This document shows positions 11,313 through 20,300 of a DNA stretch of 64,000 bases, in pieces. The notes under the pieces were generated by a model. That model saw only the letters and a list, made by a program, of their open reading frames with translations. It was not told where the DNA came from and did no database searches. The stretch comes from an uncultured Campylobacter sp. (GTDB lineage: Bacteria > Campylobacterota > Campylobacteria > Campylobacterales > Campylobacteraceae), in assembly GCF_937997535.1 (NCBI RefSeq), contig NZ_CALKTT010000093.1:46604-110603 (forward strand), written 5' to 3'. Made by a program: the position numbers and the translations under genes. Numbering within the stretch: the first letter of the stretch is position 1; every line of letters starts with the position of its first letter.

Positions 11313-12335
11313 ATGAAGAAAGTTCTACTTGCATTAAGCTTATGTGCATCTAGTGCGTTGCTCGCTAGCGATGCTGATTATCACTGGGAGATTACCCCTA
11401 CTGTTGGCGGAATGACTCATGAGGGAAATATGGATTTGGATTCGAATTTTATGTTCGGTCTACGCCTTGCTAAAAACCTACAGAATTCATTCATCGATCA
11501 ATTAGAGGCAGGTTTCGATTACTCTCGTCATATCGGGGTAGAGGATCTAGCTTACAGAGCCGGCAATGCTAAGCCTAGCGCTAGATACTACCACATCAAT
11601 GCTGTAAAAGACTTGGTAAATTTCACCGATAATTTCAAATTATACGGCTTACTAGGTCTTGGCTATATGGATTACACTAAAGACGTTTACAACGATGGTG
11701 ATCAAGATAGCGGCTTCGGTCAATACGGCTTGGGTCTAAAATACTACATTACCGACAATTTCGCTACAAAACTTGAAGCACGCGATGCTATCAGATTTGA
11801 CGACGGCAACCACGTATTGTTCTATACTCTAGGCTTTGCAGTTGATTTTGGCAAGAGATATGCTGATGCAGCTCCAGCTGCCGCTCCGGCTCCTACAGGC
11901 TGCAAAGACGCAGATAACGACGGCGTATGCGATAATGTCGATAGATGCCCAGGCACACCTGCTGACGTAGTTGTTGATGAATATGGCTGCGAGAAAGTTA
12001 TTAGATTAAATTTGGCCGTAAATTTCGCTACAGATAGCTCAAAAATTTCTCCTGAGTTTATGAACCAGATCAAAAATGTAAGCGACGTGCTAGTAGCTCA
12101 CCCTGATTACAAAGTAATCCTAGAGGGTCACACCGATAGCACAGGCTCGAATGCATATAATCAAAAGCTTTCCGAGCGCAGAGCTGCTGCAGTTGGAGGT
12201 GCGCTTAAGAGCTTCGGCGTAGATGCTAGCAGAATCACCACTGTAGGATACGGCGAGACTAAGCCTATCGCTACAAACGCTACTAAAGCAGGCCGCGCTC
12301 AAAATAGACGCGTAGATGCTAAATTTAGAAAATAA
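11313..12335 (+). CDS. cadF: OmpA-family outer-membrane protein, CadF-like
   Basis: Signal peptide, then a beta-barrel N domain (WEITPTVGG..), a thrombospondin-type-3-like DADNDGVCDNVDRCPGTP linker, and an OmpA_C domain (ILEGHTDSTGSNAYNQKLSERRA, NRRVDAKF). Architecture matches C. jejuni CadF as I remember it. Confidence 0.85.
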   Translation: MKKVLLALSLCASSALLASDADYHWEITPTVGGMTHEGNMDLDSNFMFGLRLAKNLQNSFIDQLEAGFDYSRHIGVEDLAYRAGNAKPSARYYHINAVKDLVNFTDNFKLYGLLGLGYMDYTKDVYNDGDQDSGFGQYGLGLKYYITDNFATKLEARDAIRFDDGNHVLFYTLGFAVDFGKRYADAAPAAAPAPTGCKDADNDGVCDNVDRCPGTPADVVVDEYGCEKVIRLNLAVNFATDSSKISPEFMNQIKNVSDVLVAHPDYKVILEGHTDSTGSNAYNQKLSERRAAAVGGALKSFGVDASRITTVGYGETKPIATNATKAGRAQNRRVDAKFRK

Positions 12336-12353
12336 TCTTTTCTAGATCCACAT

Positions 12354-12379
12354 AAGCGGGGCTTCGGCTCCGCTTTTTT
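12354..12379 (+). terminator. rho-independent terminator after the cadF-like gene
   Basis: Hairpin agcgggGCTTCGGCtccgct followed by a T7 run. Confidence 0.8.
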
Positions 12380-12401
12380 TATATCCAAATTAAATTTTAA
12401 A

Positions 12402-13460
12402 ATGTCAAAATTCCAAACCACTCTGCTTTTTGATCTCGATGGTACGCTCATAGACTCCACGCCCGCGATATTAGATGGTTTTCATTATGCATTTGCGCAT
12501 TTGGGCGCTGCAGAGCCTAGCGATGAAGCGATTAAAAAGCTTATCGGGCATCCGTTAGAGGTGATGTTTGAGCGTCTAGGTATGACGCGCGATGTGCAGA
12601 ATTTCGTGCTCGCTTATAAGCAACGATACGCGCAGATATTTTTGGATCAGACCGTTCTGCTAAGCGGTGCGTTCGAGGCGGTTCGCACGGCGAGCGAGTT
12701 TGCAAATTTAGGCGTCGTGACGACCAAGACGTCGAAATTTTCTAAAATTTTATTGCAGCATCTGGGTATCGCGGAATTTTTCGGCACCATCGTCGGACGA
12801 GAGGATGTGAAAAATCCCAAACCAAGCGCCGAACCGATCTTAAAGGCGCTCGAAAATTTAGGAATTTGTGGCGTGACCGCTAGCAAAAGCCCGCATGCGG
12901 CTTGCGGTAAAACTCACGACGCGACTGCCGATGAAAACACAAGCGCTGCTAGCAGGAGCGCGATTTTGAGTGAAATTTTAGCGCCTGATTTAAAGAGCCT
13001 TCCTGCGCTTGATCCTGATCCTAGCAAAGTTTACGAGCAAAATTTAAGCAGCATCGCGAGTCAAAATTCTGATAGGATTTCGTTTAGAAATTTAAGCAAA
13101 GCAAAGAGCAATAGACATGAGGCTGGCGATAAGAGCCAAAAGAGCGGTATCGGCATCGAGAGCGAGAGCGATAAAGGCGGAGCGCGCGGCAGTAAAATTT
13201 ATGATGCACATGAGCTAAATTCCACTCCTTGTTATGACAAAATTTGCAGTGACGAAATCCTGTCTTCTGTTAGCCAAAATATCTTTATGATCGGTGATAC
13301 GTCGCTTGACGCCATCGCGGCAAAGTCGGCAGCGGTGCGAAGCGTGGGCGTAAGCTGCGGCTACGGCAGTGCCTCGGAACTACGGGCGCATTTCGAGTTC
13401 GTATGCGCGGACGCAAAAGAGGCGGTTGAGCTGATACGCGAAATTTCATCGAAATTTTAG
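12402..13460 (+). CDS. HAD-superfamily phosphatase (phosphoglycolate phosphatase-like) with ~135-aa internal insertion
   Basis: HAD motif I FDLDGTLIDS, motif II VVTTKTS, motif III K (NPKPSAEPI), motif IV GDTSLD. Motifs III and IV are separated by a long Ser/Asp/Lys-rich segment. Confidence 0.85.
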   Translation: MSKFQTTLLFDLDGTLIDSTPAILDGFHYAFAHLGAAEPSDEAIKKLIGHPLEVMFERLGMTRDVQNFVLAYKQRYAQIFLDQTVLLSGAFEAVRTASEFANLGVVTTKTSKFSKILLQHLGIAEFFGTIVGREDVKNPKPSAEPILKALENLGICGVTASKSPHAACGKTHDATADENTSAASRSAILSEILAPDLKSLPALDPDPSKVYEQNLSSIASQNSDRISFRNLSKAKSNRHEAGDKSQKSGIGIESESDKGGARGSKIYDAHELNSTPCYDKICSDEILSSVSQNIFMIGDTSLDAIAAKSAAVRSVGVSCGYGSASELRAHFEFVCADAKEAVELIREISSKF

Positions 13461-14376
13461 GCGTGACGGAGCGAAATTTTACCTAGTTTTGATGCGCTAT
13501 TTTTACAAATATTTAAGCGAATTCGCGCTCGAAATTTAAAATTTCCAATTAATTTTTGCGTTTTAAACAGCGCGCGATATAAAATTTGTCCGCGCTATTT
13601 AGCTGGGGAGCAAGGTGCTTTCTAGGTGTTCAAACGATAGGCGGAGTTAATTCCGCATATTTCTGCTCTGGTCTAGCAATAGCCTATGCCGTATCAACTA
13701 TGTATGAGAGATTTCACTCTGTTCGTCGTGCTTGATCTGATTTGTCGAATGTTCAGTATTAAAAATGCATGGGGAAATCTTGCCGCAGTCAAATTTTACG
13801 CAATTTCATAATGTCTTTTGAGCCCGTAAAGGGCTTTTGTAAGAAATTTTATGTGAGCTTCGCACTCAAATTTTGGCTTTGATTTTAGTTTAGACCCCGC
13901 CTAATCGCGATAAATTCTTATGCTTCGTCTGATGTGAGTATTTGGCGGACTTATTGCGCAACCTTGTCGTAAGCCTATTTGACGCTTATTTTGAGCGCCG
14001 TATTCGGGTTTTGTTGCAATTATGCTCGCTGCGGATTTTCGGTTTGATTTATAGCATTTAAGGCCGCGCCCGCCCAGCGAGCACTAAACATATATGTTTT
14101 GAAGACAGGCTTATATGCTAAAATTTTATCCTGCGACAAACAGCTCGCGAAGGCGTAAATATAGGATAAACTAGCCAAATTTTAAAATTTAGCTCCGCGG
14201 CGAGCAGCCATATTCTTTTATCGGAGCCTATGAAAGCAGCGTTAGCTTTTACGTTTTAATTTTATTGTTTAGGCGCAGCAGGGCTTTAAATTTAATTAAA
14301 ATTTTGCAAAATTTTAAAATTCCGCCCGCTCTTATGCTTTTTTAAAGCAAAATTCTATAAAATACCGCTTTCGCAA

Positions 14377-14450
14377 TGGGCTATCGTCTAATGGCAGGAC
14401 AACAAACTCTGGATTTGTGAATATAGGTTCGACCCCTATTAGCCCATCCA
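14377..14450 (+). tRNA. tRNA-Gln (anticodon CTG)
   Basis: Manual cloverleaf. Acceptor TGGGCTA/TAGCCCA (U1-A72), D arm GTCT-AATGGCA-GGAC, anticodon arm ACAAA-CTCTGGA-TTTGT, T arm ATAGG-TTCGACC-CCTAT, encoded CCA. Confidence 0.8.
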
Positions 14451-14616
14451 CTTAAATTTTTAATCCCTTTTATCATAGCTAGCGTTTGAAATTAATTTGC
14501 GCGTCATTTTTGCAGATCATGGCAGCATTTGCCGGCTAAAGCAAATTGCGTTGAGCCATAAAATATGCAAAATTTTAGCGAACTAATAAGTAAGTTTGCC
14601 GCTTTGAAGCGGCGGA

Positions 14617-15078
14617 TTATTTGATTTTTTCTTTGCCTTTGTAAGTGGCGATGCTTTGATACGAGCCATCCTTTTTAAACGCTACCACATCATAGACCTC
14701 GGGCTGTGAGCCTTGCTCCATACCTGGCGCTTCTAGCGGCATGCCAGGCACTGCTATGCCGATGACGTCTTTAGGCTTATTTTTTAGTAGCGTGCGGATC
14801 TCACCTGCTGGCATATGCCCTTCGACTACATACCCATCTATGATCGCGGTGTGGCAGCTAGCGAGCTCCAGCGGAAGTTTGAGCTCATTCTTCTTCTGAA
14901 TAAGCGGCTCGTCAGCCAGCGAAATCATCTCGACTTCAAATCCGTTTTGCTCCATGTATTTTGCCCAGTTGTGACAACAGCCGCAGCTCTCGCCGTGATA
15001 TACCTTGACGTGTTCGCCCGCCGCGACATAGCTTCCTAATGCCGCTAAAAGCGCACCTGCAAATAAAATTTTCTTCAT
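14617..15078 (-). CDS. periplasmic DUF411 (CopG-like) metal-binding protein
   Basis: Signal peptide plus the CGCCHNW motif and the conserved ..SCHTAIIDGYVVEGHMP.. block typical of DUF411. Confidence 0.8.
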   Translation of the reverse strand: MKKILFAGALLAALGSYVAAGEHVKVYHGESCGCCHNWAKYMEQNGFEVEMISLADEPLIQKKNELKLPLELASCHTAIIDGYVVEGHMPAGEIRTLLKNKPKDVIGIAVPGMPLEAPGMEQGSQPEVYDVVAFKKDGSYQSIATYKGKEKIK

Positions 15079-15237
15079 ATTTTACTCCAGTGATTAAAAG
15101 TCCTCGATTATACAATACGAATAGTAAATTTTTAAGAGTGAACCGTAGGATTTTAAGATTAGATTTGACGAAGCAGACCCGCTCGTAAGCCGAAATTTTA
15201 CGAAATTTTAAAATTTCGGCGTCGCGGATAAGCTTAG

Positions 15238-15681
15238 TTATAGGCACTGAGAGAGTGCTGATTTGATAGCGGATTTTGATACGTAGCCTTCCGAGTCGCT
15301 GGTAAGTGATACGTCGCAGCCCGGCTTATAGTTTTTCCAGGTGTAGATATTACCATTGTCTTCGGTTGTTTTGATGGAGTCTGGCTGTTTATTCCATGCA
15401 GAAATTACTTGATTGATATGAAATGCATCGCTGCGGTCTTTCGGCGCATTAGTCATACCTGTGCTATCGGGCAAGGTCGTTTCGACCATATCAGTGGTGC
15501 CTGCGGTGGAGACCTCTTGGACTTTATCATTTACGCCGCCGATATTTGTTTTGCTGCTTTGGGATTTTGTTTGATTGCGTACTCCGCTTGGTTCGTTGGA
15601 TATATTCCAGTTGGAACAACCGATAAAAAATACCGCTGCTATGAGCGCAGCTATTAAATTTCTCATAAAATTCTCCTTCAA
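15238..15681 (-). CDS. hypothetical lipoprotein
   Basis: Signal peptide with lipobox (AVFFIGC), then a Ser/Thr/Asn-rich mature part. No family recognised. Confidence 0.6.
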   Translation of the reverse strand: MKENFMRNLIAALIAAVFFIGCSNWNISNEPSGVRNQTKSQSSKTNIGGVNDKVQEVSTAGTTDMVETTLPDSTGMTNAPKDRSDAFHINQVISAWNKQPDSIKTTEDNGNIYTWKNYKPGCDVSLTSDSEGYVSKSAIKSALSQCL

Positions 15682-15886
15682 AAATTTCGTTGCGATAGTA
15701 GCACATTTATCTTTAGTTTAAAATAAATCCGAGCCCTTGAAATTTGAAATTTCGCAGGAATTTTGCGAGGCGTTTCAGTAGGAATTTATAAAATTTGAGA
15801 TAATATTGCAACCTTTCATACCAAACGGGCTTTTAAATTTTGCACGGCAAATGCCTTTTTGGCTACCAAATTTTAAAGGATTTTTG

Positions 15887-16195
15887 ATGTATGCTATCAT
15901 CAAACACGGCGGCAAGCAGTATAAGGTCGAAGAGGGTAACTACCTAAATTTAGACCATTTTAATGCAGAGCCGAAAGCAAAGCTCGAGCTTAGCGAAGTT
16001 TTAGCGCTAAACGACGGCGAGTTAAAGGTAGGAGCACCGTTTGTAAAGGGTGCCAAGGTGGTTTTGGAGGTCGTTTGCGAGGGCAAGGATAAAAAAGTCG
16101 TTATCTTCAAAAAACGCAGACGCAAAGATTCAAAAGTAAAACGCGGCTTCAGACGCCAATACACCCGTGTCAAAGTCGTTTCGATTAACGCATAA
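15887..16195 (+). CDS. rplU: 50S ribosomal protein L21
   Basis: [17 protein letters not shown].. is the canonical L21 N-terminus. The upstream part of the ORF is an AAATT-rich leader. Confidence 0.95.
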   Translation: MYAIIKHGGKQYKVEEGNYLNLDHFNAEPKAKLELSEVLALNDGELKVGAPFVKGAKVVLEVVCEGKDKKVVIFKKRRRKDSKVKRGFRRQYTRVKVVSINA

Positions 16196-16205
16196 AGGAT
16201 AGGAA

Positions 16206-16463
16206 ATGGCACACAAAAAAGGTCAAGGCTCAACCCAAAATAATAGAGATAGTATCGGACGCCGCTTGGGCGTTAAAAAATTCGGCGGCGAGTTCGTTCG
16301 CGCGGGCAACATCATCATCCGCCAACGAGGCACTGCGACGCACCCGGGCTGCAACGTAGGCATGGGTAGTGATCACACGATTTTCGCGCTGATCGACGGC
16401 GTCGTAAAATTTGAGCGAAAAGATAAAAACCGCAAAAAAGTATCGGTTTATCCCGCTGCGTAA
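16206..16463 (+). CDS. rpmA: 50S ribosomal protein L27
   Basis: [21 protein letters not shown].. is the canonical L27 sequence. Confidence 0.97.
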   Translation: MAHKKGQGSTQNNRDSIGRRLGVKKFGGEFVRAGNIIIRQRGTATHPGCNVGMGSDHTIFALIDGVVKFERKDKNRKKVSVYPAA

Positions 16464-16479
16464 TTACCGCTAAAATCTT

Positions 16480-16501
16480 CGGGGGCGCAAGCCCCTCTTT
16501 T
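16480..16501 (+). terminator. rho-independent terminator after rpmA
   Basis: GGGGC-GCAA-GCCCC hairpin followed by TCTTTT. Confidence 0.75.
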
Positions 16502-16573
16502 AAAATTTCATCCGTTTAAAAAATATCTTCAACTCATTTGGCTATAATTGCCGTTTTAAATTTAAGGATAGCT

Positions 16574-17629
16574 ATGTTCATAGACAGCGTAAAATTTAGT
16601 GTCAAATCAGGGGACGGCGGCGCGGGCTGCGTCAGCTTCCGCCGCGAAAAATTCGTCATCTCAGGCGGTCCCGACGGCGGCGACGGCGGCGACGGCGGCG
16701 ACGTGTATTTTAGGGTCGATAAAAACTCCCACACCCTCTCATCCTACAAGGGCAAGCGTGAGTTTAAAGCGCAAAACGGCGCGCCCGGCGAGGGTCGCAA
16801 AAAGACGGGCAAAAGTGGCGAGGATCTCTATCTTATCGTGCCTCCGGGCACCAGCGTTTACGACGAGGATAGCGGCGAGCTGGTGCTTGATATGCTAAAC
16901 GACGGCGAAACGAAGCTGTTTTTAAAAGGTGGCAAGGGCGGGCTTGGCAACGTGCATTTTAAAAGCTCGATCAATCAAGCCCCAGAATACGCGCAAAAAG
17001 GCTTAGAGGGGCAGACGCGAGAGGTGCGGTTGGAGCTTAAACTCATCGCCGACGTGGGGCTCGTGGGCTTTCCAAACGTCGGTAAAAGCACGCTAATCTC
17101 GACCGTCTCAAACGCCAAACCACAGATAGCAAACTACGAGTTTACCACTCTCACGCCAAAGCTCGGCCTAGTCGAGGTCGACGAATATAGCGGCTTTGTG
17201 ATGGCCGATATCCCAGGCATCATCGAGGGGGCGAGTGACGGACGCGGGCTTGGCGTGCAGTTTTTAAAACACGTCGAGCGCACGAAAATTTTGCTTTTTA
17301 TGCTAGATCTTGCGAACTACCGCAGCCTTGAGGAGCAGTTTGACGCGCTGCGGGCCGAGACGGCGAAATTTTCAGAGGGGCTTGCGAAAAGAGACTATGC
17401 GATCGCTCTAACTCGCGCGGACGCGGCCGAAAATTTGCAGGAAAAATTTGACGCGTTTTTGTTGCATTTGGGGCTTGTGGGCACGGCTGGCGAGATGAAA
17501 TTTAAACAAGATATTTATGAATTTGACGCCACCAAGCCGTTTTTTGTAACGCCGATCTCCTCGGCGACGGGACAAAATATAAACGAGCTAAAATTTAACT
17601 TGCTTGAGCTACTTAAAAAGGAGCTGTAG
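16574..17629 (+). CDS. obg: GTPase Obg/CgtA
   Basis: [23 protein letters not shown], a glycine-rich Obg fold, and G motifs [18 protein letters not shown]. Confidence 0.95.
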   Translation: MFIDSVKFSVKSGDGGAGCVSFRREKFVISGGPDGGDGGDGGDVYFRVDKNSHTLSSYKGKREFKAQNGAPGEGRKKTGKSGEDLYLIVPPGTSVYDEDSGELVLDMLNDGETKLFLKGGKGGLGNVHFKSSINQAPEYAQKGLEGQTREVRLELKLIADVGLVGFPNVGKSTLISTVSNAKPQIANYEFTTLTPKLGLVEVDEYSGFVMADIPGIIEGASDGRGLGVQFLKHVERTKILLFMLDLANYRSLEEQFDALRAETAKFSEGLAKRDYAIALTRADAAENLQEKFDAFLLHLGLVGTAGEMKFKQDIYEFDATKPFFVTPISSATGQNINELKFNLLELLKKEL

Positions 17630-17755
17630 ATTGCGCCAAAAGCCGCGCCGTAGGGAGCTTTGACGAACGCGAGCTTTAAGCGTGCCCGTATATGCGGGTA
17701 AATTTTATATTTATCGCTCGCAAACACTGCAAAAAGATAAAATTTAGGGGTGGAA

Positions 17756-18097
17756 ATGAATAAAATTTTAATTTTTGCGTTGTTATGCTTCGGCGCATAC
17801 GGTTGCGATCCCGCCGATCCGGTGCCGAATTTTATGGACTTTAACGACAAGGATCGCGACGGTGCGCTAAGCCTGGATGAGTGGGCGGCTAGCGAGGTGC
17901 CGCATGGGTTAAAAGTAGAGTTAAATCTGCGCTCAGGCTCGGAATTTAAGAGGCTCGATGCTAATCATGACGGCAAGATTAGCCCGGATGAGCTGGGAGC
18001 GAAACCGTCTGCAAAGATTTATTGGTCCGAAGATCCGTGCGCTTTTTGGCCTTGGTCAGACGGATCCGAGGACAAAAATCAATCCGCCGTCAAATAA
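17756..18097 (+). CDS. secreted (possibly lipidated) EF-hand calcium-binding protein
   Basis: Signal peptide ending ..FGAYGC. Two canonical EF-hand loops: DKDRDGALSLDE and DANHDGKISPDE. Confidence 0.7.
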   Translation: MNKILIFALLCFGAYGCDPADPVPNFMDFNDKDRDGALSLDEWAASEVPHGLKVELNLRSGSEFKRLDANHDGKISPDELGAKPSAKIYWSEDPCAFWPWSDGSEDKNQSAVK

Positions 18098-18211
18098 GGC
18101 GCACGAGCTTGAACCGAGGTTTACCTCACGGTCTGCGTAAAATTTATTTCGAGCACGATTGCGTCCGCGCGATCGCTCGCGCCTTGATTTGGCTAAATTT
18201 AAAGGAAAAGA

Positions 18212-19132
18212 ATGAATATAGTTTTTATGGGTACGCCCGAATACGCGGCTAAAATTTTGTGCGCGCTTGCGGAGGCGAAATTTGAGATCGCGGCCGTATT
18301 TACGCAGCCTGATAAGCCCGTCGGTAGGAAGCAAATTTTAACGCCTAGCGAGGTCAAAGTTTACGCGCAGCAGTATCTGCCCGCCGTGCCGATATTTCAG
18401 CCTGCGAGTTTAAAAGACGAGGCGGTCGCAGTGCAGATAAAAGAGCTAAAGCCTGATTTCATCGTGGTTGCGGCATACGGTAAAATTTTGCCGCAGGCCG
18501 TGCTTGATATCGCGCCTTGTATAAATCTGCACGCTTCGATCCTGCCCAAATACCGTGGCGCAAGCCCTATTCAAAGCGCGATCTTGGCGGGCGAAAAGCA
18601 GACGGGCGTGACGGCGATGCTGATGGATGCAGGGCTTGACACGGGCGATATGCTTGATTTTGCCTACACGCCTTGCGAGGATAAAACGGCGGCGCAGCTG
18701 TTTGACGAACTGGGTGATCTAGCGGGCGAGCTGATCGTGCGAGTGTTGCTAAATTTTACAAATTTGACGCCCCTTAAGCAAGATGACGCACAGGCTACGC
18801 ACTGCAAAAAAATAAGCAAATCTGACGGGCTTTTTAGCTTTGAGGAAAGCGCAGAGCAAATTTATAATAAATTCCGTGCGCTAACGCCCTGGCCGGGGAT
18901 CTATCTAGCTAGCGGGTTAAAAATTTTAGAACTAGAGCTTTTGCGCGAATCTTGCGGGCGCAAATTTCAGCGCGCGGGTGAAATTCTGTGCGTTGATAAG
19001 CCCAGTTTTTGCGTTTCTTGCGGCGAGGGCGCGGTTAAGATCATAAAGGTGCAAGAGCCTGGCAAGAAGCCCGTAGACGCTAGCGCATATCTAAACGGCA
19101 AGCGGCTAAAGATCGGCGATCTACTATGCTAA
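18212..19132 (+). CDS. fmt: methionyl-tRNA formyltransferase
   Basis: MNIVFMGTPEYA.., HASILPKYRGASPIQ (SLLP motif), and the C-terminal Fmt domain. Confidence 0.95.
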   Translation: MNIVFMGTPEYAAKILCALAEAKFEIAAVFTQPDKPVGRKQILTPSEVKVYAQQYLPAVPIFQPASLKDEAVAVQIKELKPDFIVVAAYGKILPQAVLDIAPCINLHASILPKYRGASPIQSAILAGEKQTGVTAMLMDAGLDTGDMLDFAYTPCEDKTAAQLFDELGDLAGELIVRVLLNFTNLTPLKQDDAQATHCKKISKSDGLFSFEESAEQIYNKFRALTPWPGIYLASGLKILELELLRESCGRKFQRAGEILCVDKPSFCVSCGEGAVKIIKVQEPGKKPVDASAYLNGKRLKIGDLLC

Positions 19133-19139
19133 GCGGGAT

Positions 19140-19650
19140 TTTAAATTCTCGCGTTTTATGCCGCGCTTTTGATGCTACGCGGGAATTTTATTTGCGCCGC
19201 GCTTTTGGCGTCGCGGCGAAATTCTGCCTTGGATATCGCCGCGATCGTGAAGTAAAATTTTGCCGTGCGGAATTTCGAAGCGAAGCTCCAAAACCAAGGC
19301 TTTATAAAATTTTAAAATCTTACTTCTATGCTCTAAAATTTTACGCTCGCAGGAGCTTTAAATTTCGCTTTGGCGGTTGCGGACTTTACGGCGCTACACC
19401 GAACACGCACCATTTAAAATTCTATGATCGTGCCACAGAATTTTTGCGAGATAAAGCTTTAAAATTTTATCGAAATACCGCTGGGAAAATCCGCATTGCC
19501 GAAGAATTTAGCAAGAGCGTAAAATTCCATCGCACAAAATTTTACTATGTCGTAAAATTTAATCATGCTAAATTTTATCTTGTCTCAAAATTCTATCACT
19601 ACGCGGAATTTAAACGCTTGCAATATTTCAAGGCGAGCCCTTCACCTTAC
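19140..19650. repeat. array of degenerate AAATT-boxes filling the fmt-birA spacer
   Basis: About 20 copies of (t)aaaatt(t/c)(t)a spaced roughly 20-30 nt apart. They produce a spurious KFY-rich 182-aa ORF (19126..19674). Confidence 0.7.
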
Positions 19651-19664
19651 GCAAGGAGCGGGTT

Positions 19665-20300
19665 TTGCAAGTAGAATTTGTAGAGCAAATGCCCTCCACG
19701 CAGGAGTTTTTGGTGAACGCCGTGCGCGAAGGCAGGGTAACGCCGCCTTTTGCGATCGCCGCAAATCGCCAAAGTGCCGGTATCGGCTCGCGCGGCAATG
19801 ATTGGGAGGGCGCGAGCGGCAATCTCGCATTTTCGTTCTGTGTCACGCAGAGCGATCTGCCTGCAGACGTGCCTCCGCAGTCGGCAAGCATATATTTTGC
19901 GATGATTATGCAGGAGCTTCTAGCATCGCTCGGCTCTCAGCTTTGGCTAAAATGGCCCAACGATTTTTATGTAGATGAGCGCAAAATCGGCGGGACGATG
20001 ACGAATAAGATCAAAAATACCCTCGTCTGCGGCATCGGCATGAACCTACTCGGTGCGCCCGAATATGCGGGAATTTTAGATATAAAAATCAGTGCAAAAG
20101 ACGCTATAGAGGGCTTTTTTGCGCTATATGAAAATAAAATCCCGTGGAAGCAAATTTTTAGAAATTTTTCGTTACAATTCCAAAAATCGCAAAAATTTAG
20201 CGTTCATCTAGGCGGTGAAAAAATTTCGCTCGCGCAGGCTAAACTTTGCGAAGACGGATCGATCATAATAAACGAAGAAAGGGTTTATGCTTTAAGATGA
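19665..20300 (+). CDS. birA: biotin--[acetyl-CoA-carboxylase] ligase (no N-terminal HTH)
   Basis: GIGSRGNDW (GRGRxGR-like), KWPNDFYVDERKIGG. TTG start is preceded by AAGGAG. Confidence 0.88.
   Translation: MQVEFVEQMPSTQEFLVNAVREGRVTPPFAIAANRQSAGIGSRGNDWEGASGNLAFSFCVTQSDLPADVPPQSASIYFAMIMQELLASLGSQLWLKWPNDFYVDERKIGGTMTNKIKNTLVCGIGMNLLGAPEYAGILDIKISAKDAIEGFFALYENKIPWKQIFRNFSLQFQKSQKFSVHLGGEKISLAQAKLCEDGSIIINEERVYALR

Noticed and set aside
13461-14376. tmRNA, RNase P RNA, SRP RNA or 6S RNA in the ORF-free region
   Set aside because: I found no tRNA-like GGGG..TCCACCA ends, no GAGGAAAGTCC P4 element and no SRP GGAA tetraloop helix by eye. It stays an open finding, not a feature call.
16599-16898. 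99-aa alternative-frame ORF and GGCGAC tandem repeats inside obg
   Set aside because: The repeat encodes the normal glycine-rich [12 protein letters not shown] segment of the Obg fold. The overlapping ORF is an Ala/Ser-rich artefact of GC-rich codons.
19126-19674. 182-aa ORF between fmt and birA
   Set aside because: The translation is a monotonous KFY/KFC/EFR pattern caused by AAATT boxes read in one frame. There is no RBS and no domain-like sequence, so I treat it as repeat DNA.
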